A stretch of 64,000 nucleotides of DNA from Bacillota bacterium (GTDB lineage Bacteria; Bacillota; Clostridia; Christensenellales; Pumilibacteraceae): the NCBI GenBank assembly GCA_009779975.1, contig WRAY01000012.1:1-64000 (forward strand). Direction: 5' to 3'. Each line of letters opens with the position of its first letter. The first letter of the stretch is position 1. This document shows positions 9,516 to 19,114 of the stretch, piece by piece. The notes beneath the pieces are model-generated. The model was not told the origin of the DNA. It saw nothing but the letters and a program-made list of their open reading frames with translations, and searched no databases. The position numbers were made by a program, and so were the translations under genes.

Positions 9516-10994
9516 ATGAAAAAAATCTTGATAACAATCATGCTCTGCTTAATGCTCGCTTTTCCTGTTTTAACTCTAACAGGATGCGGAGGTGAGCCTG
9601 AACTTGATGAATACGGACGAGTTCGTATTCTTATGGGTTTGTGGCCAAGCGATTCTGAAAAGAACAGAATACCGGGACTTGAAGAACTTTTTGAAAGAAG
9701 AAGAACAGAATTTGAGCAAAGATTTCCAAACTTTGTCATTGTTCCTCGTCCTTTCTCCTATGACCCGGGTGCAATTTCCGCTCAAGCAAGAGCAGGGACA
9801 TTGCCGACTATTTTCCAAACCTATTTCACAGAGCCTTCAAGGCTTATTCAAAACGGATGGGTAAGGCCGATTAATGAGCAACTAGTCATTCAAGGAAGAA
9901 ATTGGGCAGACTACATGAACCCTATTTTAAGAGATGGTCTAACAAGAGACGGCAATATCTATGGCGTGCCAAGAGACGGCTACGCTTTGGGACTTTTGGT
10001 CAATCTTGACCTTTTGTGGGGTTATGGAGAGGGGACTATTCAAAGAGAAGGAACGGATGGACCTTTCATATTGTATGACGGTGCAGGAAATCCGTTATAT
10101 CCAACAACATTTAACGGTGTTCGTCGTGCTTCAGAGGCTGTTGTTGACACTCATGCAACCGCAAGAGGTATGACAGTGCTTTCAACTCACAATCAAGGCG
10201 GTTGGCAATTCAGCAATATGGCATGGAATTTTGGACTGGAATCTTTTCAATATGAGCAAGACGGCAGATGGAATTCAAGACTAAATGCCCCTGCGTCTGT
10301 CAACGCAATGACTTGGCTTCATGAAATGAATCAAGCAAATTTGTTGGTTGAAGGCGCTCATAACTATACTGACTGGCCAACCCACATCAACCAAAGGCGT
10401 TCAGCAATGGCAATTGTCGGAAGCGACATGATTGTTGAATCTGTCATTGTCGGTGGTGAAGACGCAGTGCCGCTAGAACATCTTGGCTTTTTCCCAATGC
10501 CGTCTCAAGAGGGAGTTCAGGCAAGGACATTAACAGGCGGAGTTCCGTTCATGTTTTGCTCTCGTGCAACTGACAGACAAGTTTATGGGGCACTAAGGTT
10601 TCTTGAGCACATGGGGCTTGCTCCGATTGACACTCCGATAATGAGAAGAAATATTACTGAGGGTCTGGAAGTTGCTCAAGCAGCAGGACATCCGATACTT
10701 CCAACCTTTATTCCGCCATGGACAAATCCTGAATTTATCAACATGATAAATGAAATTGAATCTCAATTTATCAATGTTCCGCTTCAAAATTTCCAAAGTT
10801 TTATCGACAGTCTTGACGAGATGATGTTCTTAGAAGAGCCTCACATAGCGCAAACGATGTATTATCAACTTGACCGAGTGTTGCAATATGTCCTGACAAG
10901 AGACAATCCGGGAATTCAAACAAGATTAAACGAAGCACAAACAACTTTTAACAACACTCTAAACCGAGAAGTAAACAACAACAGAAGAAGATAG
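9516..10994 (+). CDS. ABC transporter extracellular solute-binding lipoprotein (family 1, carbohydrate/CUT1-type)
   Basis: RBS AAAAGGAGACC precedes ATG 9516. MKKILITIMLCLMLAFPVLTLTGCGG is a lipoprotein signal. The size and position upstream of two MalF/MalG-type permeases fit a sugar-binding protein. Confidence 0.7.
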   Translation: MKKILITIMLCLMLAFPVLTLTGCGGEPELDEYGRVRILMGLWPSDSEKNRIPGLEELFERRRTEFEQRFPNFVIVPRPFSYDPGAISAQARAGTLPTIFQTYFTEPSRLIQNGWVRPINEQLVIQGRNWADYMNPILRDGLTRDGNIYGVPRDGYALGLLVNLDLLWGYGEGTIQREGTDGPFILYDGAGNPLYPTTFNGVRRASEAVVDTHATARGMTVLSTHNQGGWQFSNMAWNFGLESFQYEQDGRWNSRLNAPASVNAMTWLHEMNQANLLVEGAHNYTDWPTHINQRRSAMAIVGSDMIVESVIVGGEDAVPLEHLGFFPMPSQEGVQARTLTGGVPFMFCSRATDRQVYGALRFLEHMGLAPIDTPIMRRNITEGLEVAQAAGHPILPTFIPPWTNPEFINMINEIESQFINVPLQNFQSFIDSLDEMMFLEEPHIAQTMYYQLDRVLQYVLTRDNPGIQTRLNEAQTTFNNTLNREVNNNRRR

Positions 10995-11079
10995 ATAATG
11001 TATGGTTAGTGATTTAGTTGAATGATAAAGTTTTTTTGACAGAATAATTCCAACCGCCAATCACAACTGCTAAAACAAA

Positions 11080-12042
11080 ATGCAAATTCGACTTAACAAG
11101 AGAAAATTTTTAAAATCCCGAGATATCAAAGGCTGGCTTATCATGCTTTTGCCTTTGGTGTTGTTTTCCTTTTTTGTTTGGTATCCCATGATATTTAATG
11201 TGGTGCTTGCTTTTTCCTATACTGATGCAAATTTGAGAATAATCGGCTTTGCAGGATTTGACCATTTCAGGTATTTATTCACCTACAGCGAGTTCACAAC
11301 AGCATTGCTAAACACTTTGATTTATGCCGGTTTTTCAATACTGATAGGCTTTCTTATCCCTATTGCCGTTGCACTCTTACTCAGTGAAGTTGTGCATTTT
11401 AAAGGTTTTTTCAGAAGTATGTTCTATATGCCGTCAATAATAAGCGGTGTTGCAGTCGCTATTTTGTGGCTTGGGCTCTTCACTCCCGGTGAACTAGGGT
11501 TTTTGAATGCAATTTTTGGAACTGACCATCAATTCTTAAACAGTTCCAACAGAATAACACCAATTGTTCTAATTATCATAACAATGACATGGCGAGGTTT
11601 TGGGGCAACAATGCTCATCTATCTTGCTTCGCTTCAAACAGTCGACTCTCAGCAATACGAGGCGGCAAAAATTGACGGAGCAGGACCGCTGAGAAGAATA
11701 AGAAGTGTCACTCTTCCTCACATTATTCCGCTTGTAAAAGTGCTTTTTGTTCTGCAATTAATCAGCGTTTTCCAAGTTTTCGTTGAACCACTCGTCATGA
11801 CGGCATGGGGCGGACCCGATGGGGCATCAATGAGCGTGCTTTTATTAGCATTCCAATATTTCAGAAGAGATGAAAACAGTGAGGCAGCAGCAATTAGCGT
11901 TCTTATTGCAGTAATGATAATGGCATTCACATTCTTTTATCTCTGGCTAACAAGAGGAGAAGAGGCAAAAATAAAAGCAAAACAAAGAAAAGAAGACAGA
12001 AAGCAAAGAAGAATAACAAAAAAACTAAGAACAATTTACTAG
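11080..12042 (+). CDS. sugar ABC transporter permease (MalF/UgpA type)
   Basis: Six TM segments. EAA motif EAAKIDGAGPLRRIRSVTLPHIIPL. Confidence 0.8.
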   Translation: MQIRLNKRKFLKSRDIKGWLIMLLPLVLFSFFVWYPMIFNVVLAFSYTDANLRIIGFAGFDHFRYLFTYSEFTTALLNTLIYAGFSILIGFLIPIAVALLLSEVVHFKGFFRSMFYMPSIISGVAVAILWLGLFTPGELGFLNAIFGTDHQFLNSSNRITPIVLIIITMTWRGFGATMLIYLASLQTVDSQQYEAAKIDGAGPLRRIRSVTLPHIIPLVKVLFVLQLISVFQVFVEPLVMTAWGGPDGASMSVLLLAFQYFRRDENSEAAAISVLIAVMIMAFTFFYLWLTRGEEAKIKAKQRKEDRKQRRITKKLRTIY

Positions 12043-12134
12043 AAGTGAAAAGTGAAAGATTAAATGTGAAAAGTGTTGTTATAGTTAATTTAAAAATAAC
12101 TGACCTTACTTCTCATTTTTCATTCTCAAAAAAC

Positions 12135-13031
12135 ATGATTGCAAGAATAAGACAAAAACTAAAAAAACTCCCAAACAAAAGAGAAGGGATTTTGACATCA
12201 ATAGACTACAAAAAGACGAGATACAAAGTCCTTTATCTCGCTATGTTTTTGATGCTTCTTGCTATGGTTTTCATAACATTCTTTCCTATTTTTTGGCTGC
12301 TCATGACCAGTTTCATGACAGACACTGAAATAGGTTCACTCCCGGTCAGACTTTTTCCGGAGAGTTTAAATTTCGCTCATATTGCCGACACTTGGAATAC
12401 TGCTCGTTTGGGGATGCCTTTTTTAAATTCACTGATGATTGTGGGCGGTGCAGTTCTTGTTTCAGTTGTCTTCAACGGTATTTTGGGCTTCGTTCTTGCC
12501 GTCATCAAACCAAAAGGGGGCAAAATTATTTTCGGTGCAATAATGGTTGGCTACATGATACCTCCAATCACAGGAATGGTTCCCTTATTTGATGCGTTGA
12601 CAAGAATGGGGCTAACGGACAATCCGCTCCCGCTCATGCTGATATTCGGAGCAAACGCATTCTATCTTGTGATGTTTAAAAACTACATGGAGAGTTTGCC
12701 GAAGGCTATTTTTGAGGCGGCGGAAGTTGACGGAGCAGGAATGTTCAGAGTGTTTTTCAGAATAGTTATTCCGCTTAGTTGGCCGATTATCGGCGTTATT
12801 GCAATTTTCACCGCAACAGCGGCATGGAATGACTTTCTCTTGCCATTCTTATTGCTGCAAGATTCAAACAGAATGACAGTTATGGTGAGGCTTGTTGAAA
12901 TACAAGCAAATCAATACAGCGCCAGCGTTCTTTATATGTCACTTCTCATTGCAACAGTTCCCCTCATTCTGTTATTCCTGATTTTCCAAAGACGAATAAC
13001 ATCAACAGTAACAACAAGCGGAATTAAGTAG
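12135..13031 (+). CDS. sugar ABC transporter permease (MalG/UgpE type)
   Basis: EAA motif FEAAEVDGAGMFRVFFRIVIPLSWPII. Start chosen at MIARIRQKLKK (ATG 12135). The ORF is open from 12045, so the true start is uncertain. Confidence 0.75.
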   Translation: MIARIRQKLKKLPNKREGILTSIDYKKTRYKVLYLAMFLMLLAMVFITFFPIFWLLMTSFMTDTEIGSLPVRLFPESLNFAHIADTWNTARLGMPFLNSLMIVGGAVLVSVVFNGILGFVLAVIKPKGGKIIFGAIMVGYMIPPITGMVPLFDALTRMGLTDNPLPLMLIFGANAFYLVMFKNYMESLPKAIFEAAEVDGAGMFRVFFRIVIPLSWPIIGVIAIFTATAAWNDFLLPFLLLQDSNRMTVMVRLVEIQANQYSASVLYMSLLIATVPLILLFLIFQRRITSTVTTSGIK

Positions 13032-13116
13032 GGAATATATTGTTGTTGAATTTTTTTACTAGATATTAACTACACAAACCACCAATCACTAAATTTACGG
13101 AGTAAATCTAAAAAAT

Positions 13117-15390
13117 ATGCCAAAAGTAGCAACCGAGTATTACGAACACCATGAATGGAAGGTAACAGAGAGGGGATTTAACACATCTCGCAACAGAGCA
13201 AGCGAGTCAGTTTTTTCATTGGGAAATGAATATATGGGCGTTAGAGGCCATGCTGAAGAGGGAATAAGTTGTGAAACTCTCTTGGGCTCATATTTCAATG
13301 GAATATTTGAGTATTCAAAAGAAGAAATCGGAACGCACTACAAAGGTATTGTCGGGCGAACTCACTTTATGATAAACAGTGTCAACTGGCTAAAAGTCCG
13401 CATTGCAGTCGGCGATGAAATTTTGGACACTGCAACTACAAAAATAAGCGACTTTGTCCGTGAACTTGATTTCAGAAATGGACTTTTAACAAGAGAATTT
13501 GTTTGGGAAACCAAAAATGGAAAACTTAAACTCAAATTTTCTCGTTTTCTTGGAATGAATGAATATCAGCAAGGGTTTAGCAAAATCGATTTTGAATCGA
13601 TTGATTTTGACGGAAAAATTGAGTTTAATGCATCTTTAGATTTTGATGTCTTGCAATGGGGCAAAGATTGTTACTGGCGTGGCGGCGTGACAAAAATTCT
13701 CGGCAATGCAATCGGTCTTGAATGCTCAACGCTAAGCGAAAATCAACGCATAGCAAGTTGCATGACAATTGACAGCGAACACAAGGGAGTGCATTTCAAA
13801 TCAGAAAAAGAAGCGGGAATTAAATTTAATTTTGACTTAAAAAAAGGAGAAAAAAACTCTTTTACAAGATTTGTCACAAACATCGCCGAACAAAAATCAA
13901 CAAGACGGGATATATTGACCGAGGGACTTCAATCTGTCATAATGCAAGCAAACAGAGGCTATGATAATGCACTTAGCGAAAACAAAAAATTCTATGACAA
14001 AGTTTGGGAAGAGACTGATATTGAAATAAAAGGCGACATAAAAAACCAGCAAGGAATTAGATACTGCATTTTTCAACTTGTCCAAACTTATCACGGAGTT
14101 GACCCTAACAACAATATTGGTGCTAAAGGTCTGACAGGCGAGGCATACAGCGGTCACGCTTTTTGGGATACTGAAACATATTGCTTGCCGTTTTATCTTT
14201 TCAATAATCTTGATGCGGCCAAAAATCTATTATTATATCGTTATAATACTCTAAATGCGGCAAGAGAGCGTGCAAAAGATTTAGATTGCATTGGAGCGTG
14301 TTATCCGATAGCAACGCTCAACGGACACGAAGCATGCACTCTTTGGCAGCACGCAAGTTTGCAATTTCAGCCGACTTCTGCTGTTGCTTATGGAATTTTC
14401 CACTACCACAATCTTACAAGCGACAACGAATTTTTATTCAACTATGGCTTGGAAATGCTTGTTGAGGCGAGCAGGTTTTTGTTTTCTCGTGGTGATTTCA
14501 ATGCTGACAGAACGAAATTCGGTTTCTATGCCGTCATGGGACCTGATGAGTTTCAAATGATGGTCAATCATAATGCCTACACTAACTTCATGGCAAAAAA
14601 GACTTTTGAGTATACCCTTGAGACTTTAAGAAATCTTGAAAAACTCGATAAAAAAAGAACAGAATCTATCCTCAAAAAACTAAACTACACTGATATTGAA
14701 GGAAAAAACTTTTCTGATGCAGCCAAAAAAGCATATATTCCAAAAGACAAAAAAGGGGAGGTGGTTGAGCAGCACGAAGGATTTTTTGACTTACCTCACA
14801 TTGACATCAAAAAAATTCCGACAACTGATTTCCCTCTCTACTACAACTGGTCATATGACCGTATATATCGCAACAACATGATAAAGCAGCCTGATGTTTT
14901 GATGTATATGTTTTTATATCGTGATGAGTTTGACAAAAAAATACTAAAGGCGAACTATGATTACTATGAGCCTCGAACTATTCACGAGTCATCACTCTCA
15001 CCCTCAGTCCATTCAATAATCGCAGCAGACCTAGGACTCTTAAAAGAAGCGGAAGACTTTTTCAGTTTTGCAACAAGAATGGACCTTGATGACTATAACA
15101 GAAATACCAACGAAGGTCTCCACACAACAAGTATTGCCGCTGCATGGGTTAACATTGTTTACGGTTTCGGCGGATTAAAAAGCGACGGAAAAATTCTAAA
15201 AATCTCCCCGGTCATGCCCCCGTCATGGAGCGGATATAGTTTTAGGTTTCGCTATCAAAACACTTGCGTTCTTGTCGAAGTTAATAAAAATGAAACAAAA
15301 GTGACTAAACTGAGAGGCGAAGGCTTTGAGTTTGAATTATATGGAAAGAAAACAAAACTAACAGATGAGATAATAAAAATATCACGCTAA
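13117..15390 (+). CDS. glycoside hydrolase family 65 disaccharide phosphorylase (maltose/kojibiose/nigerose/trehalose phosphorylase family)
   Basis: 757 aa. N-terminus YYEHHEWKVTERGFNTSRNRASESVFSLGNEYMGVRG is GH65 N-domain-like. The central GEAYSGHAFWDTETYCLPFY is the GH65 catalytic (alpha/alpha)6 motif. Confidence 0.75.
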   Translation: MPKVATEYYEHHEWKVTERGFNTSRNRASESVFSLGNEYMGVRGHAEEGISCETLLGSYFNGIFEYSKEEIGTHYKGIVGRTHFMINSVNWLKVRIAVGDEILDTATTKISDFVRELDFRNGLLTREFVWETKNGKLKLKFSRFLGMNEYQQGFSKIDFESIDFDGKIEFNASLDFDVLQWGKDCYWRGGVTKILGNAIGLECSTLSENQRIASCMTIDSEHKGVHFKSEKEAGIKFNFDLKKGEKNSFTRFVTNIAEQKSTRRDILTEGLQSVIMQANRGYDNALSENKKFYDKVWEETDIEIKGDIKNQQGIRYCIFQLVQTYHGVDPNNNIGAKGLTGEAYSGHAFWDTETYCLPFYLFNNLDAAKNLLLYRYNTLNAARERAKDLDCIGACYPIATLNGHEACTLWQHASLQFQPTSAVAYGIFHYHNLTSDNEFLFNYGLEMLVEASRFLFSRGDFNADRTKFGFYAVMGPDEFQMMVNHNAYTNFMAKKTFEYTLETLRNLEKLDKKRTESILKKLNYTDIEGKNFSDAAKKAYIPKDKKGEVVEQHEGFFDLPHIDIKKIPTTDFPLYYNWSYDRIYRNNMIKQPDVLMYMFLYRDEFDKKILKANYDYYEPRTIHESSLSPSVHSIIAADLGLLKEAEDFFSFATRMDLDDYNRNTNEGLHTTSIAAAWVNIVYGFGGLKSDGKILKISPVMPPSWSGYSFRFRYQNTCVLVEVNKNETKVTKLRGEGFEFELYGKKTKLTDEIIKISR

Positions 15391-15392
15391 AA

Positions 15393-15434
15393 AATAATCC
15401 TAAAAGCAATTAAAGGCTTTTAGGATTATTTTAT
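15393..15434 (+). terminator. rho-independent terminator after the GH65 gene
   Basis: TAATCCTAAAAGC-aattaaa-GCTTTTAGGATTA followed by TTTTATC. Confidence 0.6.
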
Positions 15435-15568
15435 CTTAAGAAAAATTTGAAAACATCAAAAAACCGCTATCAAAACACTTGCAAAGTGTTAAATAAAGTG
15501 ATAAAATAAATAAGAAATTTGCAAAAAGAAGCAAATTTTTTTACTGTCTTTTTATTTCACAATTAAAG

Positions 15569-15643
15569 CGCCCTGTGGTCAAGTGGTTAAGACACCGCCC
15601 TTTCACGGCGGTATCCCGGGTTCGAACCCCGGCAGGGTGACCA
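15569..15643 (+). tRNA. tRNA-Glu (anticodon UUC)
   Basis: Anticodon arm CCGCC-CTTTCAC-GGCGG. The GTCAAGTGGTTAAGACACCGCCCTTTCACGGCGGTA block is near-identical to E. coli and B. subtilis tRNA-Glu. T-arm CCGGGTTCGAACCCCGG, acceptor CGCCCTG/CAGGGTG, discriminator A, encoded CCA. The 5' end could be 15568. Confidence 0.9.
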
Positions 15644-15757
15644 AGAATTTGCGAGAACGACGATATTTGTTGTTCTCGCCTTTTCTTTTAAAAATAACTT
15701 CGCATGTTAATTATTTGAATGAGGCAAATATCTGCAAAATATTACACAAAAGAACTC

Positions 15758-15786
15758 TTGACTTTTATTTTTTTTTGTTGTATAAT
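15758..15786 (+). promoter_or_regulatory. sigma-A type promoter upstream of the ECF sigma gene
   Basis: TTGACT, 17-nt spacer, TATAAT, about 50 nt upstream of the start codon. Confidence 0.55.
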
Positions 15787-15835
15787 TTTTGCAACGAAAT
15801 GACTGTTTGAGTTGTGTTAATAGTAGGGAGGTTAG

Positions 15836-16297
15836 TTGAGAGAAAACTTTCTCAAAGAAGTGATGGATAAATTCGGCGACACTGTTTTGCGTGTTGCAGT
15901 CTCTGTGTGTGGAAATCTAAGCGATGCAGAGGATGTATTTTCTGATGTCTTTTTCACTCTTTGGCGAATTAATAAATCGTTTTCTTCTGCGGAACATCTC
16001 AAAGCATATTTAATTCGGATTGCAATTAACAAGGCGAAAAACATCAAAAAGAGTGCATATAATCGTCACAGGGCAACACTTCATGAAAATATCTTCACTG
16101 AATTTCCCGAAAAAAATCTTGATGTCCAAAATGCTCTTGAAAAACTAAAACCTCGTGAAAGAAGCGTTATTTATCTTCACTACTATGAAGGCTACTCTTA
16201 TGCCGAGATTGCAAAAATGCTCTCAATTCGTGAAGCAAGCGCTCGAAGCATAGCGTTAAGAGCCAGGGAAGAGATGAGGGAAGTGCTTTCTGAATAG
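15836..16297 (+). CDS. RNA polymerase sigma-70 factor, ECF subfamily
   Basis: Region 2 (VFSDVFFTLWRINKSF..LKAYLIRIAINKAKN) and region 4 (RERSVIYLHYYEGYSYAEIAKMLSIREASARSIALRAREEMR). GGGAGG RBS 4 nt before TTG 15836. An alternative ATG lies at 15863. Confidence 0.8.
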   Translation: MRENFLKEVMDKFGDTVLRVAVSVCGNLSDAEDVFSDVFFTLWRINKSFSSAEHLKAYLIRIAINKAKNIKKSAYNRHRATLHENIFTEFPEKNLDVQNALEKLKPRERSVIYLHYYEGYSYAEIAKMLSIREASARSIALRAREEMREVLSE

Positions 16298-16377
16298 AAA
16301 AATAAAAAACCTAAAAATAATTATGCTGTGATAAAAACATAACGAGTGCAAAAGTATCATCAGCACAAAGGAGAACT

Positions 16378-16683
16378 ATGAAAAAATTAATAACAACCAT
16401 TTTAATCATCATGTCGATAATGCTTTTTGTTTCTTGCACAGGAACATTTGCATTAAGCACAAGTGCAAGCAACATGCATCCTGAAGCCTCGTGCAGAGTT
16501 TATAACTGCACAGACTGCTCATTTGGTCAAAATCAAAATGGGCAAACTCAAAAGCCAACATGCAGGGTCTATAATTGTATTGATTGTTCATTCAACAACA
16601 GCCAAAGCACTCAAAGGCGTCGTTCAAACCAAAATGAATACCAAGGCATAATGTGTTTAGTTTATAACTGTCAGGTGTGTTAG
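16378..16683 (+). CDS. small secreted lipoprotein with three C-x-V-Y-N-C-x-D-C-S-F repeats
   Basis: RBS AAAGGAGAAC. Signal/lipobox MKKLITTILIIMSIMLFVSC. Repeats CRVYNCTDCSF / CRVYNCIDCSF / CLVYNCQVC are separated by Q/N/S-rich linkers. It sits between the sigma and anti-sigma genes. Confidence 0.65.
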   Translation: MKKLITTILIIMSIMLFVSCTGTFALSTSASNMHPEASCRVYNCTDCSFGQNQNGQTQKPTCRVYNCIDCSFNNSQSTQRRRSNQNEYQGIMCLVYNCQVC

Positions 16684-16728
16684 TGTTAAGCAGAATAATT
16701 GCACGATTTAAAATAAGGAATAAAATTC

Positions 16729-18897
16729 ATGTCAAAATTTAACGAACATTTCGATAATATTAAGGCAACAGATGAGATGAAAGAAAAAGTTGCTGCTCGG
16801 ATTGCTGCGCCATCTCTAGTAACTGCCGGAAAAAAAACTCGCCCATCACAACGAAGATGGGCGATACCTACTGCATTGCTCACTGCATCAATTTTAATTT
16901 TTGCAATATTCATCCCAATTTTTTCATCTGCCATTTTTTCAGGAGATTCACCGAATTTCAACCAAGCAAGACAAGTTCAAAACACCGCTCACTTGCAGCA
17001 ACTTCTTAATGTTCAAGAAGGGGGAAGTTCTTTCAACTTCCCGCTAGGATGCTCTAGTCTCTTGTTAGGTTGTTCAAGCGGTGATTATTGGGGAAGCGGC
17101 GGTGACAACAATGTTAATCAAGGCGCTCCGGACAGAGATACTGCTTCACCGCCTCCGGGAAGCGGCGGCACAAGTGAAACAAATGTTCAAATAGTTGGCA
17201 TGGATGAGGGCGATATTGTCAGAAATGACGGCAATTTTATCTATCGTCTTTCTCCTAACGGCTTGACAATCGTTGAAACAGACAGAGGGTTCATAACTCC
17301 TGTTGCTTCAATCGCATATCACAACTTTTCACCGATTGAAATGTTTGTCAGAGGAGACTTAATGGTTATTATCGGCGGAGCGTTCTATAACCCTCAAACT
17401 TCATGGAATGAAGATGTTATCGGCGGTTGGATGGATTTTCGTTCTTGGCATTCAAGAGTGCAAATAAGAATCTATGACATCACGGCAAGAGAAAATCCTG
17501 TCTTAATGCAATTCTACGAAATAGACGGAAGGTTTGAAACAAGCCGAATTAGGCAAGAGTGCGAAACATTATTTTTTGTTGTCAATTATTTTCCACACAG
17601 ATGGTGCCGTGACTGGCGTGAGACAGAAGTTCGTCGTCCATATTTCAGAATGTCCGATGATGAAGAATTTTCCCCATTTCCATATGAGAACATGTTCTAT
17701 TTCAGAAGAAATCCAACTCAATCATATATGATACTTGGAAGGATTTCTCTGACTGATTTTACCGTTGAACCAATGGTGAGGGCATATCTGTCAAGTGCAA
17801 ACATCATTTCAGTAGGACTAAACAATCTCTACACCTCAACCACCCGCCGTTCAAGAAATATTTCCGGAAACATCACTAACCACAGAAGTTATATCACAAG
17901 ATTTTGTCTTGAAACGCTTGATTTCACAGGCTATGTGACAGTTCAAGGCTCACCTCCGTCACGACATGCAATCGATGAATACAGAGGTTATCTAAGGGTT
18001 GCAACGACCTACGGCGAATTTAATTGGCGAACAAACACATTAGCATCTGCAATATTTGTGTTTAATTCTGAGTTGAGAGAAGTCTCACGAATAACAGGAA
18101 TAGCGCCTCGTGAGCAAATGGACTCAGTGGCATTTGACGGCAATTTCGGCTTTATTTCAACATCACCTCCTGACCTAATCTGGGATCCTCTCTACACTAT
18201 TGATTTGACCGACCCTCATAACCCAATCCTTTCAGAAGGACTGGAAACAGACGGGATAAACGACTATCTTCGCCCAATCAGAGGAACGCCGTTTGTTATC
18301 GGCATAGGTCAAGACGCTCCTCCTCAAGGCAGTGCATTGCAAACAGGCATAAAAATCGAACTCTACTATATGCGTCCGGGAACAGGATTAATGCCTGAGA
18401 GCATGGCAAAATTCACAATCTATGGCAACGCAGCCTTTGCGGAAGTTTTGAGAAATCCAAGGGCATTGCTTTTTATGTTTGATGAAGAAACAAAGCAAGG
18501 GATTGTCGGCTTTGCGGCAGAAAGCGCCCATTGGGGTTGGAGCGGCGGAATGAGTTCATTCAGCGGAACTCTTTCACAAGGTTTCTTTCTATTCACCTTT
18601 GATGCTTATCTTGGAACAATGGAATTTGTCGGAGAAACTGAACAAAGGCTAATCTATGGGTATAATTCAACTGTTGTGCTTGCCCCGACTTTTTCAAACT
18701 TCGACATAACTGTGCCGATATTCGACTGGAATGCAAATTGGAGTTCATCAAGATGGCAAGACCAAATTAACGCCCTAAACTATTATATTTCCCGTGCAAT
18801 AGTAAACCAAGGCTATCTCTACACAATCTCCGACAATATCATAGCAGGCTACTGCCTAAGAACCATGGCAAGAATTGACGAATTCAGAGGAAATTAA
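16729..18897 (+). CDS. anti-sigma factor-like membrane protein with large extracytoplasmic beta-propeller domain (COG4880-like)
   Basis: N-terminus MSKFNEHFDNIKATDEMKEKVAARI is an anti-sigma N-domain-like opener, followed by a single TM (LLTASILIFAIFIPIF). About 630 aa of ectodomain carry MDEGDIVRNDGNFIYRL and repeated blade-like segments. It lies immediately downstream of the ECF sigma gene. Confidence 0.55.
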   Translation: MSKFNEHFDNIKATDEMKEKVAARIAAPSLVTAGKKTRPSQRRWAIPTALLTASILIFAIFIPIFSSAIFSGDSPNFNQARQVQNTAHLQQLLNVQEGGSSFNFPLGCSSLLLGCSSGDYWGSGGDNNVNQGAPDRDTASPPPGSGGTSETNVQIVGMDEGDIVRNDGNFIYRLSPNGLTIVETDRGFITPVASIAYHNFSPIEMFVRGDLMVIIGGAFYNPQTSWNEDVIGGWMDFRSWHSRVQIRIYDITARENPVLMQFYEIDGRFETSRIRQECETLFFVVNYFPHRWCRDWRETEVRRPYFRMSDDEEFSPFPYENMFYFRRNPTQSYMILGRISLTDFTVEPMVRAYLSSANIISVGLNNLYTSTTRRSRNISGNITNHRSYITRFCLETLDFTGYVTVQGSPPSRHAIDEYRGYLRVATTYGEFNWRTNTLASAIFVFNSELREVSRITGIAPREQMDSVAFDGNFGFISTSPPDLIWDPLYTIDLTDPHNPILSEGLETDGINDYLRPIRGTPFVIGIGQDAPPQGSALQTGIKIELYYMRPGTGLMPESMAKFTIYGNAAFAEVLRNPRALLFMFDEETKQGIVGFAAESAHWGWSGGMSSFSGTLSQGFFLFTFDAYLGTMEFVGETEQRLIYGYNSTVVLAPTFSNFDITVPIFDWNANWSSSRWQDQINALNYYISRAIVNQGYLYTISDNIIAGYCLRTMARIDEFRGN

Positions 18898-18910
18898 TAT
18901 CATTTAATGA

Positions 18911-18943
18911 AGGGATTGTTTTAAGGAAAGAACAATCTCTTTT
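18911..18943 (+). terminator. putative terminator
   Basis: GATTGTT-ttaaggaaag-AACAATC followed by a T-rich run. Confidence 0.4.
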
Positions 18944-18986
18944 AAATTAACTTTTCATTAACATTTGATATTTTGTCAGTTTTTTC

Positions 18987-19015
18987 TTGACAAAGGTTTT
19001 TTGTTGTGGTATCAT
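18987..19015 (+). promoter_or_regulatory. sigma-A type promoter for the nfeD-flotillin operon
   Basis: TTGACA, 17 nt, TATCAT. A second TATAAT lies at about 19037. Confidence 0.5.
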
Positions 19016-19114
19016 TATCATGAATTAAAAGTGATATTATAATGTATGGGTCGTTTATTAAGCGCCCGCACGCAAAATAAAAAAACAAAATAATAAAGAA
19101 AGAGGTGAAACAAA

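Noticed and set aside
15583-15810. ORF of 75 aa (MVKTPPFHGGIPGSNPGRV...)
   Set aside because: It overlaps the tRNA-Glu gene and is a translation of the tRNA T-arm. Not coding.
16463-16651. Overlapping +-strand and minus-strand ORFs across the Cys-repeat lipoprotein gene
   Set aside because: The frame with signal peptide, lipobox, RBS and internal triplicated repeat is clearly the coding one. The others are frame shadows.
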